Below, piece by piece: positions 1-10,205 of a DNA stretch of 20,000 nt; the first letter of the stretch is position 1; every line of letters begins with the position of its first letter. Source of the DNA: an uncultured Planctomycetaceae bacterium. GTDB taxonomy: Bacteria > Planctomycetota > Planctomycetia > Planctomycetales > Planctomycetaceae. Location of the stretch: positions 116,177 to 136,176 of the forward strand of contig CAXBME010000024.1 in the NCBI GenBank assembly GCA_963976765.1. The letters run 5' to 3'. The notes beneath the pieces are model-generated. The model was given only the letters and a program-made list of their open reading frames with translations, had not been told where the DNA came from and did no database searches. The translations under genes and the position numbers were made by a program.

Positions 1-129
1 GTCTGAATAATGTCGCGATCAACAAGCGCAGGATCTCTGCCGTCTTGAAGAAATTCCGCGTCACACCCACGCATCTCGCCAGCCAGGATCAAGCAGACTT
101 GGTCGAAAGATGCAGATTGCGGCTTCCCT

Positions 130-366
130 GTGAGTGTTCTGCGAGTTGCATGGTGCGGTTCGGCATTGCTGTCACTTGCTGATTTTCTGCCGTCGAGAAC
201 GTTGGCCTTCTTTCAGGCGAATGTCATCGATTTCCAGCAGTTGCTGCGGGAGCCCTGGAGCCAGTTGCCGGGCAAGCAGGTCGGGTGCATTTCCAGACTC
301 AGCGCGCAGGTGAACGCCTTGCCGATCGGACTTTTCGGAAGCACATGGCATTGCTCAGCCTCCTGA
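130..366 (-). mobile_element. Degenerate IS66-family remnant (tnpC fragments plus right terminal IR)
   Basis: The minus-strand translation contains VLPKSPIGKAFTCAL, which resembles the TnpC LPKSPLGKAIxYAL motif. It is joined almost directly to a C-terminal-like LPGNWLQ and, after a frameshift, PQQLLEIDDIRLKE..stop. At 130-151, gtgagtgttctgcgagttgcat resembles an IS66 GTAAGCGTTC-type end. Confidence 0.6.
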
Positions 367-454
367 AAGGATTCTTCGTGATCCTTCCGGTATCCACCAG
401 GCCTGGGGCAATGCACCCTCCGGTAGAACACGGGAAATTAATTCTGAAGGTGCT

Positions 455-1756
455 TTAGAAGAGTTTCTCGATCGGGCTGCCGCCGTTGCCCAGTGTGAAC
501 GGTCGACCGTCAGGTGAGAAGATTTCTTTGTTGTGAGCAATGCCCGCGGCGTGAGCGATTGTGGCGTTGAAGTCTTCGACGGAAACCGAATCCTTTTCAA
601 CGTGGAAGGCTTTGTCGTCAGTCGCTCCATAAACCTGGCCGCCTTTTACACCACCGCCTGCAAGCATCGTTGAGAACGCTGCAGGGTGATGGTCTCGACC
701 GCTGTTCTGGTTGGGCTGCGGTTTACGACCAAACTCCGTTCCAATGACGACGAGCGTTTCGTCGAGCAGGCCTCGTCCTTCGAGGTCCTTCAACAGTGTT
801 CCCACGACCTTGTCGAGTTCCTGCGCTTTTGCTGGCAGGTTGTCGAAGAGCTGATAGTGGTGATCCCAGCTTCCGAATGAAATCTCGACGAAACGAACTC
901 CACTTTCGACCAGCCTGCGGGCGAGCAGTGCCGCGTTGCCGAATCTGGTTCCGCCGTACGCGTCTTTGGCGGCCTTTGGTTCCTGATTGAGATCAAAGGC
1001 TTTCAGGTCGTTGCTTCGCAACAGTCCGATTGCTTCGGAGTAAAGATCGTCGTAGCCGGTCACCTGGCTGCTGGCATTTGCCTTCTTCCGGAAATCTGCA
1101 TCAAAAACGTTCGACAGTTTCATGCGTTTATCAAACGACTCATTCGTCAGGTAGCTGGGTGAGGTTGTGTTCTGCAGCCCCTGCGCGGGATCACCCAGCG
1201 GTACGGGCGCGAATTCGGCGCCTAGATAGCCGGGGCCGGGGCCGCCGCCGATCTGCACGCTGGCCGGAAGTTCTTTGTGAATTCTACCCAGCACTTTGTG
1301 CATCCATGAGCCAATTCCCGGATGCTTTGTCGTGGCGATCGGTCGATAACTGGTTTTCAACAGGTACCTGGCCGGACCATGAGCGCCGGTCGACGTTGTC
1401 ATCGACCGAATGATCGTCAGCTTGTCAGAGAGTTGAGCGAGCTGCGTCATGTGCTCGCTCAGCTGAACGCCCGGAATTCTGGTTTTGATGACGCCGGTCG
1501 CGCCCTGGACATCGCTCTTTGGTTTTGGATCGAACGTGTCGAGCTGACTCATTGCTCCGGACATGTAAAGGTAGATTACTTTCTTCGCTTTGCCGCCCGG
1601 ACGAAGAGTGCTGCTGGTCTTCGACTTTTCAGCCGCGTTCAAAACAGACTCCATACCGGCGGGGAGCAGGCTGACTCCCAGCGCATAACGAGCAACGTCC
1701 GACATCAGTTGTCGACGGGAAAGTGAGTCGAGCTTCGAAGTGTTCAGTGAGAACAT
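455..1756 (-). CDS. DUF1501 domain protein, Tat-like signal
   Basis: LSRRQLMS twin-Arg leader; family motifs KVIYLYMSGAMSQLDTFDPKP, LLARRLVESGVRFVEI, WDHH, EFGRKP and GRDHHP; AAAGGA RBS upstream. Confidence 0.93.
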   Translation of the reverse strand: MFSLNTSKLDSLSRRQLMSDVARYALGVSLLPAGMESVLNAAEKSKTSSTLRPGGKAKKVIYLYMSGAMSQLDTFDPKPKSDVQGATGVIKTRIPGVQLSEHMTQLAQLSDKLTIIRSMTTSTGAHGPARYLLKTSYRPIATTKHPGIGSWMHKVLGRIHKELPASVQIGGGPGPGYLGAEFAPVPLGDPAQGLQNTTSPSYLTNESFDKRMKLSNVFDADFRKKANASSQVTGYDDLYSEAIGLLRSNDLKAFDLNQEPKAAKDAYGGTRFGNAALLARRLVESGVRFVEISFGSWDHHYQLFDNLPAKAQELDKVVGTLLKDLEGRGLLDETLVVIGTEFGRKPQPNQNSGRDHHPAAFSTMLAGGGVKGGQVYGATDDKAFHVEKDSVSVEDFNATIAHAAGIAHNKEIFSPDGRPFTLGNGGSPIEKLF

Positions 1757-1795
1757 GGGGCGTTCCTTTATTGACCAGTGTCTTTTTTTGAAGTC

Positions 1796-1823
1796 TCGCG
1801 GCTGCGTGATTCACGAGTCGCGA
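1796..1823. other. Intercistronic inverted repeat / stem-loop
   Basis: tcgcggct-g-cgtga-t-tcacg-agtcgcga is an imperfect palindrome between the DUF1553 and DUF1501 genes. There is no U-tract on the coding strand. Confidence 0.4.
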
Positions 1824-1845
1824 AACGAATCTGTTTGTGGCGGGA

Positions 1846-3762
1846 CTATTGCACGAAGAGGAACTCGCGAGTGTTCAGCAGAGCCCAGATGACGTTGCCG
1901 TAACCTGCTGGACCGGCAGACCGAATTTCGCGTTTGGCTGCCGCGACTTCGCGGTCTGTCGGCACTCGGCTGAGCAGGCTCAGGAAGATGACGTCGAGCT
2001 GATCATCGATGACTTTGAGGTCGGTCACTTCGTTGTAGATGACCGAACCACGCTCCAGCATCATGTGTGTGACCGGCCCGTTAAACATTGTCAGCAGCTG
2101 CGGGACAGTTCCTTCCGTGTGGCTGTCGCTGATGATGTCGCGGTCGCTCTGGCCGAACTGTCTGATGAAGTGCCCCTCAGGCAATGGTTGAGGCAACTCG
2201 GCCGCTCGGACAAGTTCCTGCCCTTTGTAAAGTCGTTTGTTGCGAGCAGATCGATCAGCCTTGTTGTAGGCATCGAGCTGCTTCGCTTTCTGGATGACCT
2301 GCTGAGCGGTCGTTCTGGCGTCGATGTCGATAATCGAGGTGTACTGAGAATCGTCCGGTCGAAGAATTTCGGAAGGATTTTCCAGCGTGAGGGTCAGCAG
2401 CGAATCCCAGACCTGTTCCGCAGTCATGCGTCGCAGAATCGGCCCTGGAAAACGGTAATGTTTGTCCGGATCCAGGTCGGTGTAGGTCACCTGCCGCTGG
2501 TACGTTTTTGAGTAGAAGATGATCCGCTGAAATTCTTTCAGGTCGAAATCAAGCCGTTTGATCTCGCTCGCCAGGAACTCCATCAGCTCCGGGTTGGATG
2601 CTTCTGTTTCATCCGTCATGTCGTCTTCGGGTTCGATCAGCCCGATGCCCATTGCCTTCTTCCAGAGTCGGTTGGCAATCGTCGTGGCAAATCGATCGTT
2701 CGTTTCGGAAGTCACCCAGTCAGCGAAAATCTGCCGTCGTTGTGGATGCGTGAAAGCGGCCTTCTTCGTGTCGAACAGAAACGTTGGAGTCGTGAGCTGT
2801 CCTGGTTTTGCATCGCTGTACTGGTAGTCGTCGGGAAACTTCAGTTGCTTTGTGTCATTGTGCCAGATGGCGGCTCGGTTGAGTCGGACGATACTGCGGC
2901 CCAGTCGCGCTTCGGTTGATCGATCTCCGCCGGGAGCCGCTTTGTCGATGACTGAGTTACTGAGTTTCGACATGTCGTTTCGAGCAAGTCGGTACTCGGT
3001 GCCGCCTGTGAAAGCGGCGAGCTGGTAGAACTCTTTCTGAGTCCAGCGGTCGAACGGGTGATCGTGACACTGAGCACAGCCGATCCGTGTTCCCATAAAC
3101 ATCCGGATGGCATTGTTGAGATTGTCAAGCGGCATGGCTGGATCGCGGAGCACAAAACCGACAGCCGGATTTTCCCAGACCTTGCCTTCTGAAGAAAGCA
3201 TTTCGTTGACCATCTTGTCCCACGGCTTATTGTCACGCAGACTCTGTTTCACCCAGTCGCTGTACGGTCTCAGGTAGGTGTTGTTATCGACTCGGTCGAC
3301 AAGTCGCAGGATGTCGGCCAGCCAGTTGTACATCTGGCTGCCGTAACCCGCCTGTCCGAGGAGTCGATCGATCAACGCGGTCCGCTTTGATGCCGAACGG
3401 GATCGCAGGAAGAGTTTCGCCTGTGTCGCGGTTGGAATTGTTCCGTTTGTGTCGAGGTAGATTCGTCGGACGAATTGCTCGTCGGTTGATGGATCATTGG
3501 GCTTGAGGTTGTGCTTCCTCAGGTCCGCTTCAACAAGCATGTCGATGCGGTTGGCCGAACGAATGGCAGAAGCTTCCAGTCGTGGCGCGACCGGAGCCAC
3601 TTCGACTTCGGTTTTCTCTGCCTGAGTTGGCAGCCGGATGGGCGGCGTTTTCGGCGCGGGAGTTTTCTTCTTCTGTGCGAATGCAGAGTCTGAACCAGCA
3701 GTTGAAAACAGGCCACTCAGAAGGCCGACGGCAAGCGCTAATGTCAAAAGTGTTCGCGACAC
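1846..3762 (-). CDS. DUF1549/DUF1553 (PSD1) domain protein, secreted
   Basis: Signal peptide; motifs FVRRIYLDTNGTIPT, WLADILR, CAQCHDHPFDRWTQKEFY, ANRLWKKAMGIGLIEP, NPELMEFLA and WALLNTREFLF. No N-terminal cytochrome c (PSCyt1) domain is seen. Confidence 0.92.
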   Translation of the reverse strand: MSRTLLTLALAVGLLSGLFSTAGSDSAFAQKKKTPAPKTPPIRLPTQAEKTEVEVAPVAPRLEASAIRSANRIDMLVEADLRKHNLKPNDPSTDEQFVRRIYLDTNGTIPTATQAKLFLRSRSASKRTALIDRLLGQAGYGSQMYNWLADILRLVDRVDNNTYLRPYSDWVKQSLRDNKPWDKMVNEMLSSEGKVWENPAVGFVLRDPAMPLDNLNNAIRMFMGTRIGCAQCHDHPFDRWTQKEFYQLAAFTGGTEYRLARNDMSKLSNSVIDKAAPGGDRSTEARLGRSIVRLNRAAIWHNDTKQLKFPDDYQYSDAKPGQLTTPTFLFDTKKAAFTHPQRRQIFADWVTSETNDRFATTIANRLWKKAMGIGLIEPEDDMTDETEASNPELMEFLASEIKRLDFDLKEFQRIIFYSKTYQRQVTYTDLDPDKHYRFPGPILRRMTAEQVWDSLLTLTLENPSEILRPDDSQYTSIIDIDARTTAQQVIQKAKQLDAYNKADRSARNKRLYKGQELVRAAELPQPLPEGHFIRQFGQSDRDIISDSHTEGTVPQLLTMFNGPVTHMMLERGSVIYNEVTDLKVIDDQLDVIFLSLLSRVPTDREVAAAKREIRSAGPAGYGNVIWALLNTREFLFVQ

Positions 3763-4023
3763 GTCATCTGCTCCGATGAAGAAGAAGTCGTTGAATCAGG
3801 ATGCATGGCTTTCTTCTTCAGCCTCGGCTGATCGACGAGGGAATGATGTAGGAAGGCCAGGCACCAGAGCGAGAGGCAGCAGTAGAAAGGGGACGGCAGA
3901 GTCGATCCGTATGGCGAATGCCCGAGCGGGAATTGCGAAATGCTCGAAGTACGGAGCCGAGGCAGTATAGCTATCTGACGTCCGAAATCACGTCGAGTTC
4001 CAACGCAAATGATCGTCCAGCAT

Positions 4024-5232
4024 TCACTCGGCAGCGTCCGCCGAAGATCCGTTGCGAACTGCTGAGAATTCGCTCGCGACTTGTTCGCCCGGCAGTTCTT
4101 CGAAGTCGAGCACTGAACCGTCCTTGATCAGTCGCCCACCAAGTGTCACGACGAGCGAATTTTCATTCACACCCGTCAACACCTGAGTCAGTTCTCCGTC
4201 GCGAAAACCGACCGACACCGGTTGTTTCACAGCAACATTGCTGGCTTCATCAACCGTGTACACGAACTGTTCCCCCGCCTGGCCATGAATGGCGGAGGAC
4301 GGCACGGCCAGAGCCCGCTCCAGTCGAGAAACGGTGATGACGACTCGGCCATGCATGCCGGGTTTCAGCAGGGCGTCCTTGTTCGCGATTTCGATCATCA
4401 CTTTCGCGGTGCGAGTTGTCGGGTCAAGAACCGGAGCCTGCCGCACGATACGCCCGGTAAACCTTCGATTCGGAATTCCGTCCACGGTTACCGTTGCGGA
4501 TTCACCCAGTTTGATTCTTGCATAGTCACGCTCGACGACGTTGACAACGGTGCGGATCGTGCTGAGATCGACGATCCGCATCAACGCATCTTCCGCTCGA
4601 GCCAGGTCACCTACGTCGCAGTTCTGTTCGGCCACGTACCCGCTGATGGGGGTTGAAATCTGCAGTTCGTTGAGAGCAAGTCGAGCACGCTCCAGATCGG
4701 CCTTCGCCTGGTCAAGCCGTGCGCGTTCGAGTTCCGTTTCGGCCCTGGAAACCGAGAGTGCCGATTCGGCTTCCTCAATCTGCTGACTGGTGCTGACGCC
4801 CGAACTGGCCAGTTCCCGCAGTCGTTCCACTTCTCGAAGCGCCTGGCCTTCTCGCGCGATCTGAGCTTTCAGCTGAGCCGCCGCCACCTGTTCGGCAGCC
4901 GTGGCTCGACTGACCAGTTCCCGTGTCGAGGCATCGTCAAGCTCGATCACTGTCTGACCACTTTCCACGTGGTCGCCAACATCGAACGGAACCTTCCCAA
5001 GATAGCCGCTCAGTCGGGATCGGATCTGGACTTCGGTGACTGGTTCGAGGCTGCCGACCAGCTCAATTCGTTCAGCGATCGGCTGCCGGACGACTCGCAA
5101 GACATCGACAGCGGCGACGTCCGCCTTCTTTTCTGTCGGCTCCGATTCGATCGACGCAAGCGAGTCACCGTAAAGATACCAGCCGAACGCGCCAGCCAGG
5201 CCGACCGAAATCAGAAACAGGATGTATCGCAT
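4024..5232 (-). CDS. Efflux RND/MFP periplasmic adaptor subunit (HlyD/AcrA-like)
   Basis: Start placed at MRYILFL, ahead of an N-terminal TM anchor. Lipoyl-like halves (IRSRLSGYL..DVGDHVESGQ and ISTPISGYVAE) flank an alpha-hairpin; DPTTRT and LKPGM motifs are present. Confidence 0.92.
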   Translation of the reverse strand: MRYILFLISVGLAGAFGWYLYGDSLASIESEPTEKKADVAAVDVLRVVRQPIAERIELVGSLEPVTEVQIRSRLSGYLGKVPFDVGDHVESGQTVIELDDASTRELVSRATAAEQVAAAQLKAQIAREGQALREVERLRELASSGVSTSQQIEEAESALSVSRAETELERARLDQAKADLERARLALNELQISTPISGYVAEQNCDVGDLARAEDALMRIVDLSTIRTVVNVVERDYARIKLGESATVTVDGIPNRRFTGRIVRQAPVLDPTTRTAKVMIEIANKDALLKPGMHGRVVITVSRLERALAVPSSAIHGQAGEQFVYTVDEASNVAVKQPVSVGFRDGELTQVLTGVNENSLVVTLGGRLIKDGSVLDFEELPGEQVASEFSAVRNGSSADAAE

Positions 5233-5489
5233 CGGCGAGGCTCTTTGAGGCAGGTCCGGAAATCCTCGCAGGCTATTGCCTGTCTGAAAGATTCTGCCGG
5301 AAGAATGTCCAGGGGGAGACCGCGTGGAAGGTTGCGGAAGTGTGGGGTGGGCGATTTCTGGAGACGTCACATGCGGCAACGTTGATCCATTAAATACAAC
5401 CTGTCCGAAACAGGCAATCCCGGCCTCCCTGAAACATTCGGAACTATCTCGAAACCTGCCGACTTTCTGACGTCAGAATTCGTGATATG

Positions 5490-6935
5490 TCATGCAAGCA
5501 CGTCAGGGACCACCTCGCCGTGAACATCGGTCAGACGGAAACGACGCCCCTGATAGCGGAACGTGAGCTGCTCATGATCGATGCCCATCAGGTGCAGAAT
5601 CGTGGCGTGCAGATCGTGAATGTGGACGGGATTCTCGACGACGTTGTACCCGTAGGGGTCGGTCGCGCCGTACGTGGTGCCGCCTTTGATTCCTCCGCCG
5701 GCCATCCAGATGGAAAAACAACGAGGATGGTGATCGCGACCAAAGCTGTTCGCGGTGAGTTTTCCCTGACAGTAGTTGGTGCGACCGAACTCGCCTCCCC
5801 AGATGACCAGCGTGTCTTTGAGCAGATCTCTCTGTTTCAGATCCTTGATCAGTGCCGCTGAAGGCTGGTCGGTCTCCCCGCATTGTTTGCGGATTCCGCC
5901 TGCCAGGCCGCCGTGCTGATCCCATCCCTGATGATAAAGCTGGATAAACCTGACGCCTCGTTCAGCCAGTCGCCGAGCAAGAATACAGTTGGCGGCGTAC
6001 GTGCCGGGCGTTTTCGAATCCTTACCGTACAGCTCGAAGATATGGTCCGGTTCTTTCGACAGGTCGGTCGCTTCGGGAATCGACGCCTGCATGCGGAATG
6101 ACAATTCGTGTTGAGCGATTCGTGTTTCGATCGCCGGGCTGGAATATTTTACGAGCTGCAACTCGTGCAGCTTCTTCAATGCGTCGAGCATGTTCCGCTT
6201 GCTGGACGCGTCGAGCCCCGCAGGATTTTTCAGGTAGAGAACAGGATCGTCTCCCGCCCGAAAACGTACACCCTGATGCCGTGACGGCAGAAAACCACTC
6301 CCCCAGAAACGCGAGACCAGCGGCTGTCCGCCTTTTCCTTTGGTATTCATGACGACGAACGCGGGAAGGTCGCTGTTCTCACTACCCAGTCCATAATCGA
6401 GCCAGGCGCCCATGCTGGGCCGACCGGGAAACTGCGAACCGGTTTGCATAAACGTTGTTCCGGGACCGTGATTAATCGCCTCGGTAAACATTGAACGAAC
6501 AACGCAGAGTTCATCAGCGACCGACGCCGTGTGCGGCAGGGTCTCGCTGAAGGACAAACCGCTTTCACCGTGCTGAGAAAATTTGAACGGCGAGCCAGCC
6601 AGAGGAATACTCGACTGATTCCCGCTCATGCCGGTCAGACGCTGCCCGTTGCGGACCTCATCCGGAAGCTGCTCACCGTGCTTTTCATTGAGCAGCGGTT
6701 TGTGATCGAACAGGTCGAGCTGAGACGGCGCACCAGATTGAAAGAGGCAGATAACCCGTTTGGCCGTCGGTGCGTGATGCAGTTTCGTCAGCACGCCGCC
6801 GTCCGCAGATGCTGCAGACTCAGCCCCGATCAAGTCCGCCAGAGCCAACCCGCCGAGCCCCATTCCGAATCGCTGCAGCAGTTGCCGGCGAGGCATGGTC
6901 GACGTTGGCTCGAAGCCTGTGCATTTTTCGTTCAT
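5490..6935 (-). CDS. DUF1501 domain protein, Tat-like signal
   Basis: PRRQLLQRFGMGLGGLALADL leader; motifs AKRVICLFQSGAPSQLDLFDHKP, LARRLAERGVRFIQ, WGGEFGRT, GRDHHP and RLTDVHG. Start chosen at MNEK (6935). Confidence 0.93.
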   Translation of the reverse strand: MNEKCTGFEPTSTMPRRQLLQRFGMGLGGLALADLIGAESAASADGGVLTKLHHAPTAKRVICLFQSGAPSQLDLFDHKPLLNEKHGEQLPDEVRNGQRLTGMSGNQSSIPLAGSPFKFSQHGESGLSFSETLPHTASVADELCVVRSMFTEAINHGPGTTFMQTGSQFPGRPSMGAWLDYGLGSENSDLPAFVVMNTKGKGGQPLVSRFWGSGFLPSRHQGVRFRAGDDPVLYLKNPAGLDASSKRNMLDALKKLHELQLVKYSSPAIETRIAQHELSFRMQASIPEATDLSKEPDHIFELYGKDSKTPGTYAANCILARRLAERGVRFIQLYHQGWDQHGGLAGGIRKQCGETDQPSAALIKDLKQRDLLKDTLVIWGGEFGRTNYCQGKLTANSFGRDHHPRCFSIWMAGGGIKGGTTYGATDPYGYNVVENPVHIHDLHATILHLMGIDHEQLTFRYQGRRFRLTDVHGEVVPDVLA

Positions 6936-7032
6936 TGTGATGTTTCCAGAATTCAAACGGCCAACAGGCACGAGACGCGACCTTCATCGTGTGTCACTGG
7001 CAAAGCCAGTGGCACCCCTTGCCGGTCGCTTG

Positions 7033-10000
7033 CTATCGACGATTCACAACCTCATCGAAACTGAACAACGCATTTGCCACCGTCGATAACGCAGCCAGAC
7101 GGTTGGCATCGAGCGATGCGTCGGAGGCGCGTTGCCCTGTCTTAAGGTACTCAGCCGCCTTCCCGGTATGGCTGGTAAAGTATTCAAGCTGTTGAGCGTA
7201 GAGTTCTGCGAGGATTTTCAGCTCGTCCTCGGTCGGCAGTCTGCCGGTCAATGTTCGAAACAACTCACTGACTGAGGCGCGTTCATCATCGGCATGTTGC
7301 TTGAGAACTGCTTCACTCAGGACGCGCGCGGCTTCGACAAACTGCGGACCGTTCATCAGGACGAAGGTTTCGAGCGGCGTCGATGTTCGTTCTCGACGAA
7401 CTCGGCAAACGTCCCGCTTCGACGCGTCGAGTGTCATCATCACTGGAGCCGGGCCGGTCCTTTTCCAATAGGTGTAAAGGCTGCGTCGATAGAGTCCCTC
7501 ACCTTTATCTGGTGTGACGGGTTTGAAGGAAACTTCGACCTCGTAAGGCTTGGCCGGAGCACCTCCGAGCTTGCGAACCAGCAGGCCGCTGGCAGTCAGC
7601 GCGTTGTCACGCAACATTTCTGCCGGCAACCGAAACGTTGGCGACCACGACAGCAGCAGGTTCTGCGGGTCACGTTTGAACGATTCTGCCGATGGCTCTG
7701 GCGACTGTCGATACGTTGCCGAAAGGACGATCTGTTTCAGAAGTCGCTTGACGTTCCAGCCATGCTCGACGAAATCGACGGCCAGCCAGTCAAGCAGTTC
7801 GGGGTGAGTTGGCGGTAGCCCTTGCCGGCCGAAGTCTTCGGGAGTTCGAACCAGGCCCTGACCAAAGATCATTTGCCACAGTCGGTTCACGACGACGCGG
7901 GCCGTCAATGGGTGGTCCGGTTGAGTCAGCCATTTCGCTAACCCCAACCGATTGCGAGTCAACCGGTCAGGCAACGTCGACAACACAGCAGGAGTTTCCG
8001 GGAAGACCGGCGTCGCACGAGCATCGTAAGCTCCGCGTTTGAGCAGAAACGTTTCCCGGCGAGTCGGCTCTTCGCGCATCACCATAATCTCGGGCAGCGA
8101 GTCGACGACTTTGCTGTGAGCCTCGCGTTTTTTACGGATGAGCGACAGTTGTGCTTGACAGTCCGTGTCGACCGTGGCGAGGTAGTAGTCAAAGAGTTTT
8201 TGCGAATCGGGATCAGCCGTCGAGTTGTCGAACGCCGCTGTCAGTGCCTGGTCGTCACTCAGGTGGTTGACTTCCAGCGGCGTGAGCTGCCGATCAAAAA
8301 CACGAAATTCATCGACAAGGCCGTTGGTGAAGCCCCGATCCCGGAATCGCTCCCCGATGGCGAGATTGTCTCCGCCGCCGCCAGTGATGTCTTTGTAAAG
8401 GTTATCCCGGACAATGTCGCACTCGGCCACGTCGCCGTTGAGATAAATTCGCAACCCGTCCGCTCGGCTGGAGCCATCCCACGTGACGACGACATGGTGC
8501 CACTGCTTCGTCGTCAGTTGCTGCTTTGTGCAAATTCGAATCGCATTGCCTGGCCAGAAGTGGATCAGGGAGGCGCTGAGTCGTCCCTCTTCGATCAGCA
8601 ACTGATAACCGCGACTGCCGGCGTCGGTCCAGGCTCGTGAACGATGAAACACGACGGCGCGATCCTTCACGTCTGGCGTGTTCATCCACAGGCTGACCGA
8701 GAATGGGTCGAATCGTCGGAAGTTGCCAACGGTCAGGCCAACGGCATCGTCGCCGCTTAACCTGACGGCTTTGCCGAGTTTGCCATCGACCGATTCGTTG
8801 CCGCCTTTTGCTGCGTCTTCAAAATCCAGGTGAGCGATCTGGCCGGGGATCGACGTTTCAGTTTTCGGTTTCGACTCCAGCCACGACTTGAATGCGTCGC
8901 GAGTCTTCTGAGAATCTGCAAGAGCCTTCAGAGCCGTTTCGGCATTCTCAATGTCCAATTCGGCGGCGGCGATTTTTGCCTTCGTCGCAGCATCAGTCAT
9001 GACGAGTGTTGGTGTCGGAACGGCGGGCGTGAAATACGAATACAAACCCGCTTCGGCGATGTTGTCGAAGAAGGCCGAGAGCTGGTAATACTCCTTCTGG
9101 CTGAGCGGGTCGTACTTGTGATCGTGGCAGCGGCAACACTCCATCGTCAGACCCAGGAATGCCGTTGCGAAAGTCTGCGTCCGGTCGGCGACGTACTCGA
9201 TGCGAAACTCTTCCGGCACGCTGCCGCCTTCAACCTTTTGAGGATGCAGCCGGTTGAAAGTCGTCGCCAGAATCTGTTCGTCGGTCGCATCGGGCAGCAG
9301 GTCACCAGCGAGTTGCTCGGTGATGAACTGGTCGTAGGGCATGTTGCGATTGAACGTGCGGACCACCCAGTCTCGCCACGGCCAGACGAAACGATCGCGG
9401 TCGACCTGATAACCGTACGTGTCGCTGTACCGGGCCGCGTCCAGCCAGTCCGTCGCCATTCGCTCACCGTACGCTGAGCTTTTCAGCAGCCGATCGACAA
9501 CCCGTTCCACTGCGTCAGGCCGGTCGTCGTTGAGAAACTCATCGATCTCAGCCAGCGATGGCGGCAGGCCGGTCAGGTCGAAACTGAGTCGCCGAATCAA
9601 TTGTTCTTTCGAAGCTTCCGTTGCCGGCGAGAGTCCAGCTTCTTCCTGTCGTGCGAGAATGAAATGATCGATCTCGTTGTGACACCAATCGGCGTTGTTC
9701 ACTTTCGGCAGGGCGGACTTCTGCGGCGAAATGAATGACCAGTGCTGCTGCCACTTCGCTCCTTCTTTGATCCATCGACCGAGGATGTCGATTTCGTCTT
9801 TCGTTAACGCGAGCTTCGAGTCCGCAGGCGGCATGCGGATATCCGGATCGTGACTTGTGATTCGATGATAGAACTCCGATTTCTCGGGATGTCCGGGCGC
9901 GATGACTTCTTCCGGGACGGCGTCTTCAAGATCAAAACGAAGTTCCGCTTCCCGCGTTCCTTCGTCTGGACCATGACAGAGAAAGCAGCGGTCAGACAGG

Positions 10001-10119
10001 ATCGGCAGCACGTCGCGGTTAAAGCTGATCTTGCCCTGAGCCAGAGCGATGTCTGGTAACAGCAAACCGACAACGCCAGCCGCCAGCAACAGGCGGCTGG
10101 TTTGACTTCGAAGATTCAT
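7033..10119 (-). CDS. Planctomycete cytochrome c (PSCyt1) + DUF1549 + LamG-like + DUF1553 protein
   Basis: Signal peptide from [27 protein letters not shown] heme motif and a second [11 protein letters not shown]. Includes a LamG-like insert ([30 protein letters not shown]) and the DUF1553 motifs [14 protein letters not shown] and [11 protein letters not shown]. Confidence 0.92.
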   Translation of the reverse strand: MNLRSQTSRLLLAAGVVGLLLPDIALAQGKISFNRDVLPILSDRCFLCHGPDEGTREAELRFDLEDAVPEEVIAPGHPEKSEFYHRITSHDPDIRMPPADSKLALTKDEIDILGRWIKEGAKWQQHWSFISPQKSALPKVNNADWCHNEIDHFILARQEEAGLSPATEASKEQLIRRLSFDLTGLPPSLAEIDEFLNDDRPDAVERVVDRLLKSSAYGERMATDWLDAARYSDTYGYQVDRDRFVWPWRDWVVRTFNRNMPYDQFITEQLAGDLLPDATDEQILATTFNRLHPQKVEGGSVPEEFRIEYVADRTQTFATAFLGLTMECCRCHDHKYDPLSQKEYYQLSAFFDNIAEAGLYSYFTPAVPTPTLVMTDAATKAKIAAAELDIENAETALKALADSQKTRDAFKSWLESKPKTETSIPGQIAHLDFEDAAKGGNESVDGKLGKAVRLSGDDAVGLTVGNFRRFDPFSVSLWMNTPDVKDRAVVFHRSRAWTDAGSRGYQLLIEEGRLSASLIHFWPGNAIRICTKQQLTTKQWHHVVVTWDGSSRADGLRIYLNGDVAECDIVRDNLYKDITGGGGDNLAIGERFRDRGFTNGLVDEFRVFDRQLTPLEVNHLSDDQALTAAFDNSTADPDSQKLFDYYLATVDTDCQAQLSLIRKKREAHSKVVDSLPEIMVMREEPTRRETFLLKRGAYDARATPVFPETPAVLSTLPDRLTRNRLGLAKWLTQPDHPLTARVVVNRLWQMIFGQGLVRTPEDFGRQGLPPTHPELLDWLAVDFVEHGWNVKRLLKQIVLSATYRQSPEPSAESFKRDPQNLLLSWSPTFRLPAEMLRDNALTASGLLVRKLGGAPAKPYEVEVSFKPVTPDKGEGLYRRSLYTYWKRTGPAPVMMTLDASKRDVCRVRRERTSTPLETFVLMNGPQFVEAARVLSEAVLKQHADDERASVSELFRTLTGRLPTEDELKILAELYAQQLEYFTSHTGKAAEYLKTGQRASDASLDANRLAALSTVANALFSFDEVVNRR

Positions 10120-10205
10120 CTGGAAACGTCCTGTCGCTCTTGCGGTAGTTCTGTCGCGCCGCCTGACGATGATCAGGCAGTCGACACGACAGTCTACCAA
10201 CTGTG

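Noticed and set aside
5233..5379. Longer start for the MFP gene
   Set aside because: The extension is a Pro/Ser-rich non-family sequence. MRYILFL places the TM anchor at the N-terminus as expected.
1837..9477. Numerous long antisense ORFs (e.g. 1837-2511, 6531-7064, 8830-9477)
   Set aside because: These are typical shadow ORFs of high-GC coding genes.
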